Source of the DNA: a virus
Lineage: Duplodnaviria; Caudoviricetes
IMG/VR virus record: IMGVR_UViG_3300011337_000101
Span: 1-33,180 of that record
Length of the DNA: 33,180 nucleotides
Reading direction: 5' to 3' (one strand)
Notes under the pieces: generated by a model
Database searches by the model: none
What the model was told of the DNA's origin: nothing
Seen by the model: the letters and a program-made list of their open reading frames with translations, nothing else
Shown: in pieces, positions 32,711-33,180 of the stretch
Position numbering within the stretch: the first letter of the stretch is position 1
How the letters are laid out: each line of letters starts with the position of its first letter
Translations under genes and position numbers: made by a program

Positions 32711-33180
32711 TTAGTTGTATTCAATCACGCCGTCTTGACCTGCAATGACAGGATCCACAGGACGCCGCAAGAATGGGGTATCGTAATTGCGCCACGGTTT
32801 GTTGCCTGCCCCGGACGGCATTGTGCCTGGCAGCTGCTGCTCAATTGGCATGGCTGCGCGAGACAGGAGCGTGTTGTACGACTCTTTGGCCGTCATCTTG
32901 GTGTCAGGCATTACCTGCTTGCCGTAGCTTGGAGCCAGCTTGATTGCCAGATTGGTGTAAATGGCTTCGTTGGAGCTGTCGGGCACGTTGGTCTGCTCGT
33001 CGAGATCGCTATCTTGTGGATTGGATGGCAACGGATAGCCCAAGCGAATGCCGAGCGCGTTCCAGGCTGCAATCATGGTATCCAGCCGGCGCAATGCTGA
33101 TTGCATCTGATCTGGCGTCAGGTCAAAGGCGTAGCTGGCCAGGCCAATCTCGTCAAAGGCTTGGGTGACAAATTCGCGCT
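32711..33180 (-). CDS. Head-to-tail adaptor (P22 gp4 family), 5'-partial
   Basis: Frame stays open to the right edge: ...REFVTQAFDEIGLASYAFDLTPDQMQSALRRLDTMIAAW...GIRLGY...NLA.KLAP.YG...MPSGAGN. Confidence 0.88.
   Translation of the reverse strand, partial: REFVTQAFDEIGLASYAFDLTPDQMQSALRRLDTMIAAWNALGIRLGYPLPSNPQDSDLDEQTNVPDSSNEAIYTNLAIKLAPSYGKQVMPDTKMTAKESYNTLLSRAAMPIEQQLPGTMPSGAGNKPWRNYDTPFLRRPVDPVIAGQDGVIEYN

Overview
Nearly the whole genome of a P22-like podophage. Gene order suggests it was cut open in the head-completion region. The window starts inside a small gene downstream of the coat gene and ends a few codons into the gp4-like adaptor, which normally follows it. A divergent control region at about 12650-12760 separates two arms. 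The rightward arm holds early genes: a Sak/Rad52-like annealase, a YqaJ-like exonuclease, an SSB-like protein and many mini-genes. The long leftward arm runs cro, a C4-like RNA, rep, rusA, ninB, terS, terL, portal, a 4-gene accessory insert, scaffold and coat. Across the join it continues with gp4, gp10, gp26, the ejection proteins, tailspike and a lysis cassette carrying an HNH gene. I could not recognise an integrase, a CI-type repressor, a Q antiterminator or spanins. The strongest unexplained signals are non-coding. (1) A compact H-type pseudoknot recurs three times in the scaffold and coat leaders, and a competing stem could hide the coat RBS. (2) A C4-like three-way-junction terminator RNA, with both cognate target boxes just upstream, sits in front of the replication and late arm. 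All product calls come from remembered family motifs and synteny; no database search was run.
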